From the NCBI GenBank assembly GCA_963691875.1, contig OY829846.1:2112001-2176000 (forward strand): a stretch of DNA of 64,000 nt, in the 5' to 3' direction. Every line of letters begins with the position of its first letter. Positions within the stretch are counted from its first letter, which is position 1. Below are positions 53,480 to 64,000 of the stretch, one piece after another. This DNA is from Aureliella sp. (lineage in GTDB: Bacteria > Planctomycetota > Planctomycetia > Pirellulales > Pirellulaceae). Both the position numbers and the translations under genes were made by a program. Below the pieces are notes generated by a model, which saw only the letters and a program-made list of their open reading frames with translations, was not told the origin of the DNA and ran no database searches.

Positions 53480-53665
53480 AAGAACAAGTACTGAATTCGA
53501 TAGGATGCGATCGGCAAATTGGCACTAGCGTGATGCATATTACCAAAAGCTGCTTTGGCTGCCAGTTGATTTGCCGGCCTCGATCTTTGGCAAGATGCAG
53601 CTGTGATTCTCCTAATGTCTCCGCTCAATGAATGTTTTTCTTATAGCTCGAATCTGCTCTACCAA

Positions 53666-54107
53666 ATGAATTTCAGTCTTCCAATATGCGGCATTCTATT
53701 GCTGTTAAATTGCGGGTGCTCTGAGCAAGAGTCAACGCCCGATCTGACCAGCGGCTTTCCAGCCGAATTCTTTGCCCCGAGTGAAGGTGGCGATGTTAAC
53801 GTTGCAACGTTGAAGGCATCCGTTTTCGAGAACTTTCAGGAGTTTTGCGACAGAATAAGCTTCAGCCAGACGCATAAATTCGAGTTTCCGTCGAGTTGGA
53901 CGAAAACGGCAACTATCTCTGCATGCTGAACTTCGACAACACTCCTTTTCCCCGTGGGATTTCGTCAACCGATCAGGTGAATTACCCGTCGTGCTGGATG
54001 GCAAAAGTGCTGAGTTTCTGCGCGGCACTACCATCGACTGGCACGAAGACGAGGAGAAACGCGGATTTGTTTTCAACAATCCGAACGGTATTAGAGCTGA
54101 GAAGTAA
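53666..54107 (+). pseudogene. lipoprotein with C-terminal HesB/IscA-like segment, frameshifted
   Basis: Lipobox-like LLLNCGC; two frameshifts (~53888, ~53960-53975); the last frame reads GELPVVLDGKSAEFLRGTTIDWHEDEEKRGFVFNNPN, stop 54105-54107. Confidence 0.65.
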
Positions 54108-54709
54108 GTTCCACCTCCTGCGCGGGTCTCATCTATAACGCCAGGCTAACTGAAGGTGTCTAGTCGACTTTGACGCGATCGCCGGCGAACGGACCTGCAA
54201 CAATGCGAGCAATGAAAAGAATGAAGAAGGTAAATGAGTTGCTCACCGCCCCGGCGGCGACCGGAAGCCGATTCTGCGAATGCAGGGATTAGAAGCCGAG
54301 CCAGAGTAACTTGAGCACTCAATGCCTCCGACGATATTCACGCGGCTGCCATAATTTTGATCGCGGCGTATTTTTCAATCCACACGAAAAGTGGCTCTAC
54401 GGGATCTCCCATGCACCAGCCAATCGAGAATCTAGGAACATCAGGAAATGGCTACCAGCGCGCAGGAAACTGAACTGGTAAATCGGATGACAAAGCAACT
54501 GACAGCCAAAGAACTATTGCTTCGGATCACTCGATGCTCAGCCCTGATAGTTTCGGGGCGCAAGTCTATCTGCGACTATAAACCGGGACGTCCAAATTGC
54601 GAGGATGACAAGCGGTCGGGAATCATATCCCACACTTGCATCGACAAGCCCTGACGATACCCGCTACGAGATGGCCTAACTTCTCGCGAAGTGAATTACG
54701 ATTCTTACG

Positions 54710-56839
54710 TTAAGTGAGCCAAGCGATGTCCTTAACGATGACGAAGGCCATCAAGCCGAGGAGGCAAAGCACGCCAGCCATGGTGAGCCGAACTTGAAGT
54801 GCTTCATTCACCGGCTTGCCCATAATGGCTTCGGCCGTCAAGAACACCATATGTCCTCCGTCCAGTGCCGGAATCGGTAGGAAGTTCAAAATCGCCAAGT
54901 TGGCGCTTAGCATGGTCAGGAAGAGCAGCAAGCGGGATGTACCAAAACTCGCTTCGCTAGCCGCTTGCTGCGCGATGGTAATTGGGCCGCCCAGCCCGTT
55001 TATACTCAGTCGCCCTGTGACCAGAAGGCGCAGGAATCGCAATACACTTTTGAAGCGGCGTTTGGTTTCCCAGAAGCCCAGCGCCGCGGCGTCGCTAAGA
55101 TCCTTGGCATAGTGCACGTCCGAGAGAGGGGTCAACGAAAGCGAACGAATGGGCCAGTACCAGTCTTGCTGGTAAGCTACTACGCCTTTCAAGTTGTCTT
55201 TGACTTTGCCGTCGCGACGCACTGCACAAACCAGGGTAGACTTCTCCGGCATAACCTGAATATCGCTAAACAGCAGTGCAGTGTTATCTTTCTCATCAAG
55301 GTCGCGGACTTCATAAGCTTTGTCTTTAAAGCTTCCGGACAATGCAGCACGTTCTTCGGCGGTAACAACCCATTGAACCTTGAGGAGCTCGTCGCCAACC
55401 TCAAAGCCAGCTTTGGAAGCAGCTTCATCGACGGCTGAAATTGTCTTCTCGACAGCGTATGCAATGCCCAGGCCGGACAACGACAGCTCAGTGGACACCG
55501 GTGCAAGCATGTCGAATTGAGCTTGCTCAGGTCCAGTCATCTTGAATTCAAGTGTTTCCGCCTTGTCACCTTTACCACGCAGAACCTCAAGCGTTACTTC
55601 CTGTCCAGCCAGCAGGGCTGCTTGATGTGGCAGTCTCAAGGAATCGACAACTGCTTCACCGTTGATTTTCTGAATGACATCCCCAGCTTGAATCCCGGAC
55701 TCCGCCGCCGGAGAATTCTTCCGCAAGGCAGTAACCGGCCCCATGGCGAACCCGATTCCGATGGATTTAACTGGGATGGCGGGGATTTCCACAGTGAAGT
55801 TGGCCGAGTCTTTCCGCTCGAGTTCCAGCGTCACCGGCTTGTTCCAGTTGGCTTGGAAATGCCGGATGAATTCATCGCCCATCGTGACGCCATAGCGTTC
55901 GTCAACAGGCAGCTTCTCTCCGTTGACTGCGACAACCACGTCCCCCGGCTGTACGTCAGGGTCCGCCTCTGCAAGATAGCTATTAGGACTAAAACGTATT
56001 GGACCGATGGTCGGTGTCAGGCTAGAGCGACAGCCGATCGTGTAAAGTTGCAGTCTAGCGGGGCTATATTTCTGAGTGGGAATAATCCCGGATTCAACGA
56101 TCTCACCATCGCGCCGCAACTGGATCGGAATTTCCTTGTCGTCGTAGTCGAGGCCGTGAAATACCGTTGACATGCGAAAGTCATCGAACCGCAACTTCTC
56201 GAGTGCGGCTGGCATTTCGGCAACTTTGAGAACTTGATCACCTGGTCGAATATCAGCTTGCCAAGCGGGGCCACCGGCATAGGAAGCCCCAACAACGGTC
56301 GGCGTGTACTTCACTCCGTAGTAATAAGCCACTCCGGCGAGGATCACTGCAAAGATCAGATTCATCACGACACCGGCCGAAATGATGATCATACGCTGCC
56401 AAACAGGCTTGGCGGTATACGAACGTGGGTCGAGCGGTGCTTCTTCTCCGTCGCCTTGACGTGTATTGGCAGCTTCTTCCTCTGCTTTTCGTGGATCGTC
56501 ATCCTGCCCGAGCATTTTGACGTAACCACCCAATGGAATGATGCCGATGCCGTATTCAGTTTCGCCCCATTTGAATTTCGCCAAACTTGCAGGCAAACGG
56601 ATGGGGCCAAGACGAATCGGTACATCGAAGCCAACGTAGAACTTATCGCAACGTACGCCAAATGTCTTTGCTGCCAAGAAGTGACCGAGCTCATGAACGA
56701 AAATCACAAAGCCAAGTCCCAAGGCGACTTGTGTCCATTGGTTTAGATTGCTGAGTAGTTCTCCCGCACCCAATATTGGCAGAGCCAGAATGAGATTCCA
56801 GGTGAATGGGATCAGGCTATCGTTTAGCAAACTGCCCAC
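54710..56839 (-). CDS. rseP: site-2 (RseP-like, M50) metalloprotease with multiple PDZ domains
   Basis: HELGH, PLGGYVKM, AGVVMN, GPITI, NFLPIPALDGGH; overlaps dxr. Confidence 0.93.
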   Translation of the reverse strand: MGSLLNDSLIPFTWNLILALPILGAGELLSNLNQWTQVALGLGFVIFVHELGHFLAAKTFGVRCDKFYVGFDVPIRLGPIRLPASLAKFKWGETEYGIGIIPLGGYVKMLGQDDDPRKAEEEAANTRQGDGEEAPLDPRSYTAKPVWQRMIIISAGVVMNLIFAVILAGVAYYYGVKYTPTVVGASYAGGPAWQADIRPGDQVLKVAEMPAALEKLRFDDFRMSTVFHGLDYDDKEIPIQLRRDGEIVESGIIPTQKYSPARLQLYTIGCRSSLTPTIGPIRFSPNSYLAEADPDVQPGDVVVAVNGEKLPVDERYGVTMGDEFIRHFQANWNKPVTLELERKDSANFTVEIPAIPVKSIGIGFAMGPVTALRKNSPAAESGIQAGDVIQKINGEAVVDSLRLPHQAALLAGQEVTLEVLRGKGDKAETLEFKMTGPEQAQFDMLAPVSTELSLSGLGIAYAVEKTISAVDEAASKAGFEVGDELLKVQWVVTAEERAALSGSFKDKAYEVRDLDEKDNTALLFSDIQVMPEKSTLVCAVRRDGKVKDNLKGVVAYQQDWYWPIRSLSLTPLSDVHYAKDLSDAAALGFWETKRRFKSVLRFLRLLVTGRLSINGLGGPITIAQQAASEASFGTSRLLLFLTMLSANLAILNFLPIPALDGGHMVFLTAEAIMGKPVNEALQVRLTMAGVLCLLGLMAFVIVKDIAWLT

Positions 56840-57999
56840 CGATTTATCTCCTCTCGCGCCCAGCGATCTAGACGCATTAGTTCATCTAAAGACGGGTTGG
56901 GGTCGAAATGATGTTCTTCCAGTATTCGACGACAACCCGACACTATTTCTGTGAATTTGATTTTGCCTTGCAGAAAGTTCTCGACAGCAGCTTCGTTGGC
57001 CGCATTGACCACTGCTCCGCAACTTCCGCCTTTTCCAGCTACTTCCCAGCCGAGCTCCAAGGCAGGGAAACGCTCCGTATCAGCTGGGTCTAGGTCCAAT
57101 TGTAGAGCTTGGGACCAATCCATTTTAGGGCATGGACAGTCCATTCTCTCTGGATAGGTCAACGCATACTGGATCGGCAGCCGCATGTCCGGAGGGCTGA
57201 GCTGTGCCACCACGGAGCCATCCACGAACTCGACCATCGAATGAATAATGGATTGCGGATGGACGACGACCTGAATTTTCTCAGGAGGAAGATCAAAAAG
57301 CCATCGAGCTTCGATCACTTCTAGTGCTTTGTTCATCATCGTGGCTGAATCGATCGTAATCTTACGTCCCATTTCCCAAGTTGGATGTGCCAAGGCGTCC
57401 TCGACACCTGCCTGAGCAATTTGTTGCTTGGTCCAAGAACGAAATGGCCCGCCGCTGGCCGTCAGGACGATTCGCTCAACTTCCTTGCCCTGGCCAGCCT
57501 GCAACGCCTGAAAAATAGCGCTGTGCTCGCTATCTACTGGGATCAACTCTCCGCCGCTCTCAGCGAGAGCTGAATTCACCAAACTGCCAGCGACAACAAG
57601 TGCTTCCTTATTGGCAAGTGCAAGGCGTTTTCCAGCTTTTGCGGCGGCCAAAGTGCTGAGCATTCCAGCCGAGCCGACCACTGCTGCCACGACAGTTCCA
57701 ACGTCTGCGGACTCAGCGATTTCAATCAAGGCTTCCGGGCCAAGCAGCATATTGCTGCCAGCTGGCGTTAAAACATCACCAGCTGTCGCCTTCTCAAAGC
57801 TTGTTGGGCAAGTTGCAGCTACTACCTGCGTGTTCGTCGCAGTAGCGATCTCGCAAAGCTCTGCGATGCGGGAATGAGCCGAAAGAGCGACGATCTGCCA
57901 CGGCTCACCCAGCTTCTGAATGACATCCACGGTGGCCGTCCCGATACTGCCTGTCGCTCCTAGGATGGCGACTGCTGTTCTGGGAGCGTTCTGGGACAC
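56824..57999 (-). CDS. dxr: 1-deoxy-D-xylulose-5-phosphate reductoisomerase
   Basis: ILGATGSIG, LANKE, PVDSEHSAIFQ, TASGGPF, HPTWEMGRKITIDSATMMNKALE, PDMRLPI. Confidence 0.98.
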   Translation of the reverse strand: MSQNAPRTAVAILGATGSIGTATVDVIQKLGEPWQIVALSAHSRIAELCEIATATNTQVVAATCPTSFEKATAGDVLTPAGSNMLLGPEALIEIAESADVGTVVAAVVGSAGMLSTLAAAKAGKRLALANKEALVVAGSLVNSALAESGGELIPVDSEHSAIFQALQAGQGKEVERIVLTASGGPFRSWTKQQIAQAGVEDALAHPTWEMGRKITIDSATMMNKALEVIEARWLFDLPPEKIQVVVHPQSIIHSMVEFVDGSVVAQLSPPDMRLPIQYALTYPERMDCPCPKMDWSQALQLDLDPADTERFPALELGWEVAGKGGSCGAVVNAANEAAVENFLQGKIKFTEIVSGCRRILEEHHFDPNPSLDELMRLDRWAREEINRWAVC

Positions 58000-58261
58000 T
58001 TGGATTGGGACCGTGGGTTGAGATTATTGGGGCTGTCCCGTGCTTAGGCTGCTACGGTGCAAATTCCCCAGGTGGCTTGGACTGCGAGCATGGTAAGGGT
58101 AAGGTTTGCAGGTATTCGTAGCAATACATTCCTGAGAAGCCGCAAAGCCCCTAAATCGCCCAAAACAGGCCGAGATGCACTTCTCGGACTAAAAAGGGCA
58201 GCTTCCGAGGCAAATTGTATTGGGGACTTTACGCCTTTTCGCCCTTTCGAAAGCTGCTGCG

Positions 58262-58267
58262 TATACT
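58262..58267 (+). promoter_or_regulatory. candidate -10 element for ftsH
   Basis: TATACT ~93 nt upstream of the ATG; no clear -35. Confidence 0.4.
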
Positions 58268-58359
58268 CTTGAAGCGACGATGCCCGCGGTCAGCGAACTG
58301 CAATTGCTACGGGGATCTCAAAAATTCTCCTATCCAAAATATTTTTCTGTTGGTAAGTA

Positions 58360-60459
58360 ATGGACGAAGATCCAGACAAAAAAGAAGGCAAGCAAAATAA
58401 TTGGGTTTGGTACCTAGTACTGACGAGTTTAGTGCTTTTTGCGGTTGGCATGTTCGTCGTCAACAGCGCGATTTATCGATTGCCCTACCCGGACTTGGTG
58501 AGTCTGCTTGAGGAGCTTAAATATGAGTCGCGCGGTAGCGAAAAGGTGGTCACAACAACCACAACGGAGGATGGTCAAGCTCTAGCTCTCAGGGGAACGC
58601 ACTCGATTCCTTCGGTAACGCAGAAAGACCGCCGCGTTGAGTTGTCAGGGCTGAGAAAGGTGCAAGTTTCGAGCACTTCAATCTCAGGAGAGATCCGCAA
58701 ACAAACCTTCACCAACGATAAACAAGACGGTGAGCCAACTTGGACGAGTTTCCAGACAAACAACAATGACAACGAGCTCGCCAAGCAAGAAATCAAGGAT
58801 GCGCTCGACCGCAGCAATGTGACCTGGAACTACTCTGACCCTCCGAATTTCTTCACAAAATTCGGCCCCATGTTGCTGATGTTCGGTGCAATCTTCCTGA
58901 TCTTTATGCTTTTCGCGCGACGTATCGGAGGCGTTGGTTCTCCGATGTCATTCGGACGTTCCCGAGGCCGACTCTATGCCCAAGACGATATCGGTATCGA
59001 CTTTGATGACATCGCAGGTGTCGACGAAGCGGTAGAGGAAGTACGAGAAATCGTGGATTTCTTGAAATATCCCGAGAAGTATCAGCGATTGGGTGGTCGT
59101 ATTCCCAAGGGGGTCCTTTTGGTTGGTCCTCCTGGAACGGGCAAAACCTTGCTTGCCAAGGCGATCGCTGGCGAAGCTGGCGTTCCCTTCTTCAGCCTTT
59201 CCGGCAGTGACTTCGTGGAGATGTTTGTGGGTGTTGGTGCAGCTCGGGTGCGAGACATGTTCCAGCAAGCCAGCGCCAAGTCACCCTGCATCATCTTCAT
59301 TGATGAGCTCGATGCATTGGGTAAGAGTCGAAGTGGCAACGTCGTCGGTGTACACGATGAACGCGAGCAAACACTGAATGCCTTGTTAGTCGAAATGGAT
59401 GGATTTGATCCCAACACAGGAATCATCGTTATCGCAGCGACTAACCGTCCCGAAACCTTGGATCCTGCGTTGCTTCGGCCTGGAAGATTTGACCGTAACG
59501 TTTTGGTGGATCGTCCAGACAAGAGTGGGCGAGCGCAGATTCTGAAAGTTCATGTCAAGAACGTAAAACTATCGCCGAACGTGGAACTCGAGCAGATCGC
59601 CTCGATAACCAGCGGATTTAGCGGTGCGGACTTGGCGAACCTGGTGAACGAAGCTGCTCTACTAGCGGCAAGAAAAGACAAGAACACCGTTGGGCAGGAG
59701 GAGTTTGACGAGGGTGTGGAGCGTGTGACGGCTGGCTTGGAAAAGAAAAGCCGAATCATGGACGAGGAAGAGAAGAAGCGTGTCGCGTATCACGAAGCGG
59801 CCCACGCTCTGGTTGCCTACTCCTTGCCAAACACCGATCCCGTTCACAAAGTTTCCATCATTCCACGTGGCTTGGCAGCTCTCGGCTACACCATGCAGCG
59901 GCCGTCAGGAGAACGCTTCCTGATGACGCAAGGCGAGCTGGAGGCTCAGATGCAAGTTTTACTTGCTGGTACACTGGCGGAAGAGTTAATATTCAGCGAC
60001 ATCAGCACCGGTGCACAAAACGACTTGGAACGCTGCAGCTCTGTCGCTCGAAGTATGGTCATGGAATTCGGCATGAGTCGCCTTGGCCGTGTCAACTACC
60101 GCGAAAGCGGTCGAACTCCCTTTCTGGGTGGCGGTGGAGCTGAGAGCATCGGCCGAGATCATAGCGAGCAAACTGCTCGCGAAATTGACGAGGAAGTGAT
60201 CCGAATCGTCGATGAAATGGGACAACGCACGCGACAAATCCTGCTGGAACGTCGACAAGCACTAGAGAGTGTGACCGACCGCCTGATGGAAATCGAGGTC
60301 ATGGACGCAGAGGAGCTCGGGCGACTGATCGACGACACGCTTCCTGGACCACGAGTGATGCCTGGCACGCAGGCCAAGCCTGCCGCGGCCTCCGAGGAGC
60401 CTACCACCGAATCGCAATCTGATGATAGCGAAAATAGTTCGACCTCGGAGATGGCGTAG
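58360..60459 (+). CDS. ftsH: ATP-dependent zinc metalloprotease FtsH
   Basis: Two TMs, [48 protein letters not shown]. Confidence 0.97.
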   Translation: MDEDPDKKEGKQNNWVWYLVLTSLVLFAVGMFVVNSAIYRLPYPDLVSLLEELKYESRGSEKVVTTTTTEDGQALALRGTHSIPSVTQKDRRVELSGLRKVQVSSTSISGEIRKQTFTNDKQDGEPTWTSFQTNNNDNELAKQEIKDALDRSNVTWNYSDPPNFFTKFGPMLLMFGAIFLIFMLFARRIGGVGSPMSFGRSRGRLYAQDDIGIDFDDIAGVDEAVEEVREIVDFLKYPEKYQRLGGRIPKGVLLVGPPGTGKTLLAKAIAGEAGVPFFSLSGSDFVEMFVGVGAARVRDMFQQASAKSPCIIFIDELDALGKSRSGNVVGVHDEREQTLNALLVEMDGFDPNTGIIVIAATNRPETLDPALLRPGRFDRNVLVDRPDKSGRAQILKVHVKNVKLSPNVELEQIASITSGFSGADLANLVNEAALLAARKDKNTVGQEEFDEGVERVTAGLEKKSRIMDEEEKKRVAYHEAAHALVAYSLPNTDPVHKVSIIPRGLAALGYTMQRPSGERFLMTQGELEAQMQVLLAGTLAEELIFSDISTGAQNDLERCSSVARSMVMEFGMSRLGRVNYRESGRTPFLGGGGAESIGRDHSEQTAREIDEEVIRIVDEMGQRTRQILLERRQALESVTDRLMEIEVMDAEELGRLIDDTLPGPRVMPGTQAKPAAASEEPTTESQSDDSENSSTSEMA

Positions 60460-60585
60460 TAATCGCAGAGCGGGACAGTTGATTCGGGGGCAGACTTACC
60501 GCCCGACATTACCATTTTCCTGTGGTCTAGTAGCTGCATTTGACGTCCGCTCTTCGCGACACTCAAAAGGTGTCAACAAGTACGC

Positions 60586-60591
60586 TATAAT
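60586..60591 (+). promoter_or_regulatory. candidate -10 element for the kinase gene
   Basis: Perfect TATAAT in the ftsH-kinase intergenic region. Confidence 0.4.
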
Positions 60592-60759
60592 CGCGTTCTG
60601 TCCGAAAGCTACTGGACGTTAGCGAAACAAAGGTTGGGCAAGGCAAATTGCAATTGGCGGGATATTCGCGTCAAATTTCACTGGCGAACACTGTTTCCAT
60701 TCGTTGCCAGCTTTTCCGCCTTTCGTCTGAGGACACCTTGTAAAAGTGCCCAAATCACA

Positions 60760-63700
60760 GTGTCTTCTGTCAATGAAAACTTGAAGAATCTAACTGAGCT
60801 TTTCGAGAGGGAAGCGCGAGCGGGCAACGCACCAGAGCTAGACAACTTTCTGGATAAAGTCGGCCCAGAGCAACGCGATGCATTGCTGACTCAGTTGATT
60901 CCTACCTACATTCAACATGCGTTGGACAGCGGGCAAGATTTTGTACCGGATTCCTTCGCGAAGTACGGAAAGGTCGCAGTTAAATAGGCGCAAGAGGTCC
61001 TGACTAGTGCGACGAACAAGACACTCGGCTTTGCTTCCGTTCTACAAACTCCAGCCTCTGCGAAAACGCTGCCAGCCGGAATGCATTCTGACGAGGAGTC
61101 GACGAGCGGCTTTGAAGTGGATCCCGAATGTATTGGTCCATACCGGCTAACGAAACGCATAGGTCGAGGCGGGATGGGAGCAGTCTGGAAAGCAGAGCAG
61201 ATGTACCCGGTTGTTCGTCGGGTAGCAGTCAAGTTGATTCGCAAAGACTTGGATGCAGATGATGCTATCGCTCGTTTTGAAGTAGAGCGACAAGCGATCT
61301 CAAGGATGAATCATCCAAACATCGCAAGGATTCTCGACGCAGGCACTGCCGAGGATGGGCGTCCCTACTTTGTGATGGAACTCGTCCATGGTATGCAGAT
61401 CGATCGTTTCTGCGATCAAAAACGGCTCACTATTCGGCGACGCATTGAGCTGGTGATTTCAGTTTGCAAAGCAATCCAGCATGCGCATCAGCAGGGAATT
61501 ATTCATCGCGATTTGAAGCCATCCAACGTCTTGGTGACTGATATCGATGGCGTCAACACGGCCAAAGTGATTGACTTCGGCGTTGCCAAAGCTGTGCGTT
61601 CTCACCGCGTGATGCACGACAGCGCAGACTTGACCGCACATGGTCAGGTCGTGGGGACGCTGCAGTACATGAGCCCTGAGCAGTCTCAGGGGTATTATGT
61701 CGACACACGAACCGATATCTACGGCTTGGGCGCACTGCTTTACAGATTGTTAACCGGAAGCCTTCCCATTTCAGATGTAGCCGTTCGCAATGGATCTGTT
61801 GTGACTTTTGCCGATCAGCTACAGCATCACGATGCCCCGAAACCAAGTTCACGGTTCTTGGACAAGACTCGAGTCGTCCGAGAAGTCTGCGATGCGCGGC
61901 AAACAACCCCAGATAAATTAAGGCAGGAGTTACGTGGCGATCTAGATTGGATTGTGTGCAAAGCCGTCGAACGTGAAAGAGAATTGCGTTACGAGACGGC
62001 ACAGGAATTGGCGGCAGACCTCGAACATTATTTGAAGGATGAGGAAGTTGAAGCTCGGCCGCCTTCGGCCATCTATCGCTTTCGCAAGTTTGTGCGTCGG
62101 AACCAACTTGCGGTCGCTTCACTGACGACCATTCTCTTGCTCTTGGTCTGCGGGATATTTGGAATTGGCTATCTGTTGTCTCTCGCACTGGAAAGGGGAG
62201 AGACGGCGAGAGCCAACGAAACGAAAGCTTTGGACGAAGCCGCCCGCGCCATAAGAGCCGAAGAAGCAAGCAAAGAACTGCAAGAGCGAGGAAAGTTATT
62301 CTTGCATGCAGTTAGTGTTAAATCAGCCTGGAACAGTTGGCGGCTCGGCGACGCAAAAAACGCTTGGAAACTACTTCAGAAGACCGTCTCGAAGCCGGGT
62401 TGGGAGACTAGATACCTGCAATCTGAATTCAACATGAATAGTCAGATCTTGTATGGGCATACCGGACAAGTAATGGCTGTCGCCGCCTCGTCTGATGGGA
62501 GGCTACTCGCTACGGGTGGGATCGATGAAGTCATTCGAGTCTGGAACGCAGAAACCTACGAGTTGCTCGAGTCGCACATCGTAGGACAACCGGTGAATCA
62601 TCTTCTCTTTGCACCGAACAGCAATCAGCTTATCGGAGCGACAACGGATCGCAATTTGTTGACCATTGCAGATCCCTTGGATGAGGAGTCCGACAAAGTA
62701 AATAGTTCGAAGCCTTTCCAACGAGACATCGAGGTTCTACTTCAGACACAGCTTCCCGACGGAACAGAAGCATTAGTCGTTGGAGAGTCACATTTAGTCT
62801 CAGATCGCATTGGCATTCATTGGAATTCCCGCGAGGTAGGGCCCGCGTCGCTCCGCATTCTTAGGCAGGATGATCTCTCCGAGATGCAGGTGCTAGAGGG
62901 GCATCATGTCATGGTTAGCGGCCTCGCCTACAGTCCCCAACGCAAACGTTTGATCAGTACCGACCTCGATGGCGTCATCAAGACTTGGGAAGCTGATTTG
63001 GAAGGACGGTTCTCTGAGGCGGAGAGCACGCAGCAGCATTTCGGAATCAAGCATGCAATACTCATGCCGAGTGGTAGACACCTGGCTGTCGCTTGTAATG
63101 ACCTCGTCATTCGAATATTGGACGTGCGGACTTGGAACACAATAGAGACATTGGTTGGACATCGAGCGCAAATTCGTCGACTCGCCGTAAGTCCTAACGG
63201 TCAACGAATTGCTTCCGTATCTGTGGATCGTACCGCGAGAGTATGGAACAGCGATGGCTCTTTGCTGGTCGAATGCCTCGGGCACCTCGATGTTGTGGCA
63301 GATATTTGCTTCCTTAACGAAGGCAAGCAAATTGCCACAGCATCCGACGACGCAACCGCAGCAATTTGGTCTGCTTCATCCCGCCCTGGAACACACCGGC
63401 ATCGCCCCTTCTCCAAGTTGGCTTGGTCTGCGGACTTTTCTGCCGATGGAAGTCGGATCGTTGCGGTAAGCGAAGACGGCGGAATCCAGTTGTTTTCGTC
63501 ACGCGACCTGTCGCTGTTGGCAAAGAAGGAAACTGATTTGGAGGTGCTGACGACAGCTTTCTCACCCAATGCGAACGTGCTAGTCCACGCGGGAATTGAC
63601 GGAGTACTTACACTCCGCGACGGTAGCAACTTGGAAATACTCGACAACGTAACCGCTCACGAGACTTACATCTGGGACGTGAACTACTCAGAAGACGGAA

Positions 63701-64000
63701 AGTATTTGGTCACGGCCGGCACTGACATGTTGGCCAGAATCTGGAACACGGAAGACTGGAGTCTTGAGCAAGAGCTGAAGGGCCATACAGCCGAGTTGGC
63801 GTCTGCCTGCTTTTCGCACGATGGTTCGTTTGTGGTCACCGCGAGTGACGATAAAACGGTACGCCTGTGGAGCACTGAAACCGGTGAGGAGCTGCATGTC
63901 TTTCAAAGGCACAAGAGTGCTGTCTGGAGAGCAGTTGTTTCCCGAGACGATAGTACAATCGTCTCGAGTGGCTTCGATGGCGAAGTTTTTGTTTGGGAAG
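60760..64000 (+). pseudogene. Ser/Thr kinase-TM-WD40 repeat protein with an early in-frame TAG; runs off the right edge
   Basis: Not in the ORF track; hand-translated: TAG 60985-60987, then IGRGGMGAVW, VAVKLI, HRDLKPSNVL, DFGVAK, GTLQYMSPEQ, LRGDLDWIV, a TM and GH...W repeats; could restart at ATG 61081. Confidence 0.85.

Noticed and set aside
54130..54560. Possible eroded membrane-protein gene on the minus strand
   Set aside because: Only short hydrophobic fragments; too weak to call
9579..61000. Stop-codon reassignment or programmed readthrough explaining the in-frame stops
   Set aside because: All three stop types interrupt genes, they co-occur with frameshifts, and TAA, TAG and TGA each end intact genes normally (rpoD TAA, glpK TAG, glpD TGA)
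61459..63912. Numerous minus-strand and alternate-frame ORFs
   Set aside because: Shadows of the plus-strand kinase-WD40 frame
1..64000. CRISPR array, prophage, IS or integron, rRNA/tRNA genes, defence systems
   Set aside because: No spaced repeats, recombinase or transposase motifs, phage genes or RNA-gene signatures seen by eye

Overview
A 64-kb chromosomal segment of a Planctomycetota bacterium, most likely Pirellulaceae. The call rests on the DUF1553/DUF1501 pair, a BBP7-type barrel, ECF sigma/Ser-Thr kinase modules and sulfatases. Core genes are intact: dnaG-rpoD, glpK-glpD, infA, parAB, dxr-rseP, ftsH and an RlmM-like methyltransferase. I saw no rRNA, tRNA, CRISPR array, integrase or transposase. 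Two things stand out. (1) Seven accessory loci are broken by nonsense codons, frameshifts, an exact 14-bp tandem duplication and a catalytic-residue substitution, while core genes carry no visible lesions. This points to real, selective genome decay rather than random read error. (2) At 11200-11972, an rRNA-operon-like expression unit drives only a 75-aa protein of unknown function and ends in a strong terminator. It has an AT-rich UP region, TTGACT-16nt-AATAAT, a GC-rich discriminator and a ~430-nt structured leader with a near-perfect boxA. All family names come from motif recognition by eye; no database searches were run.
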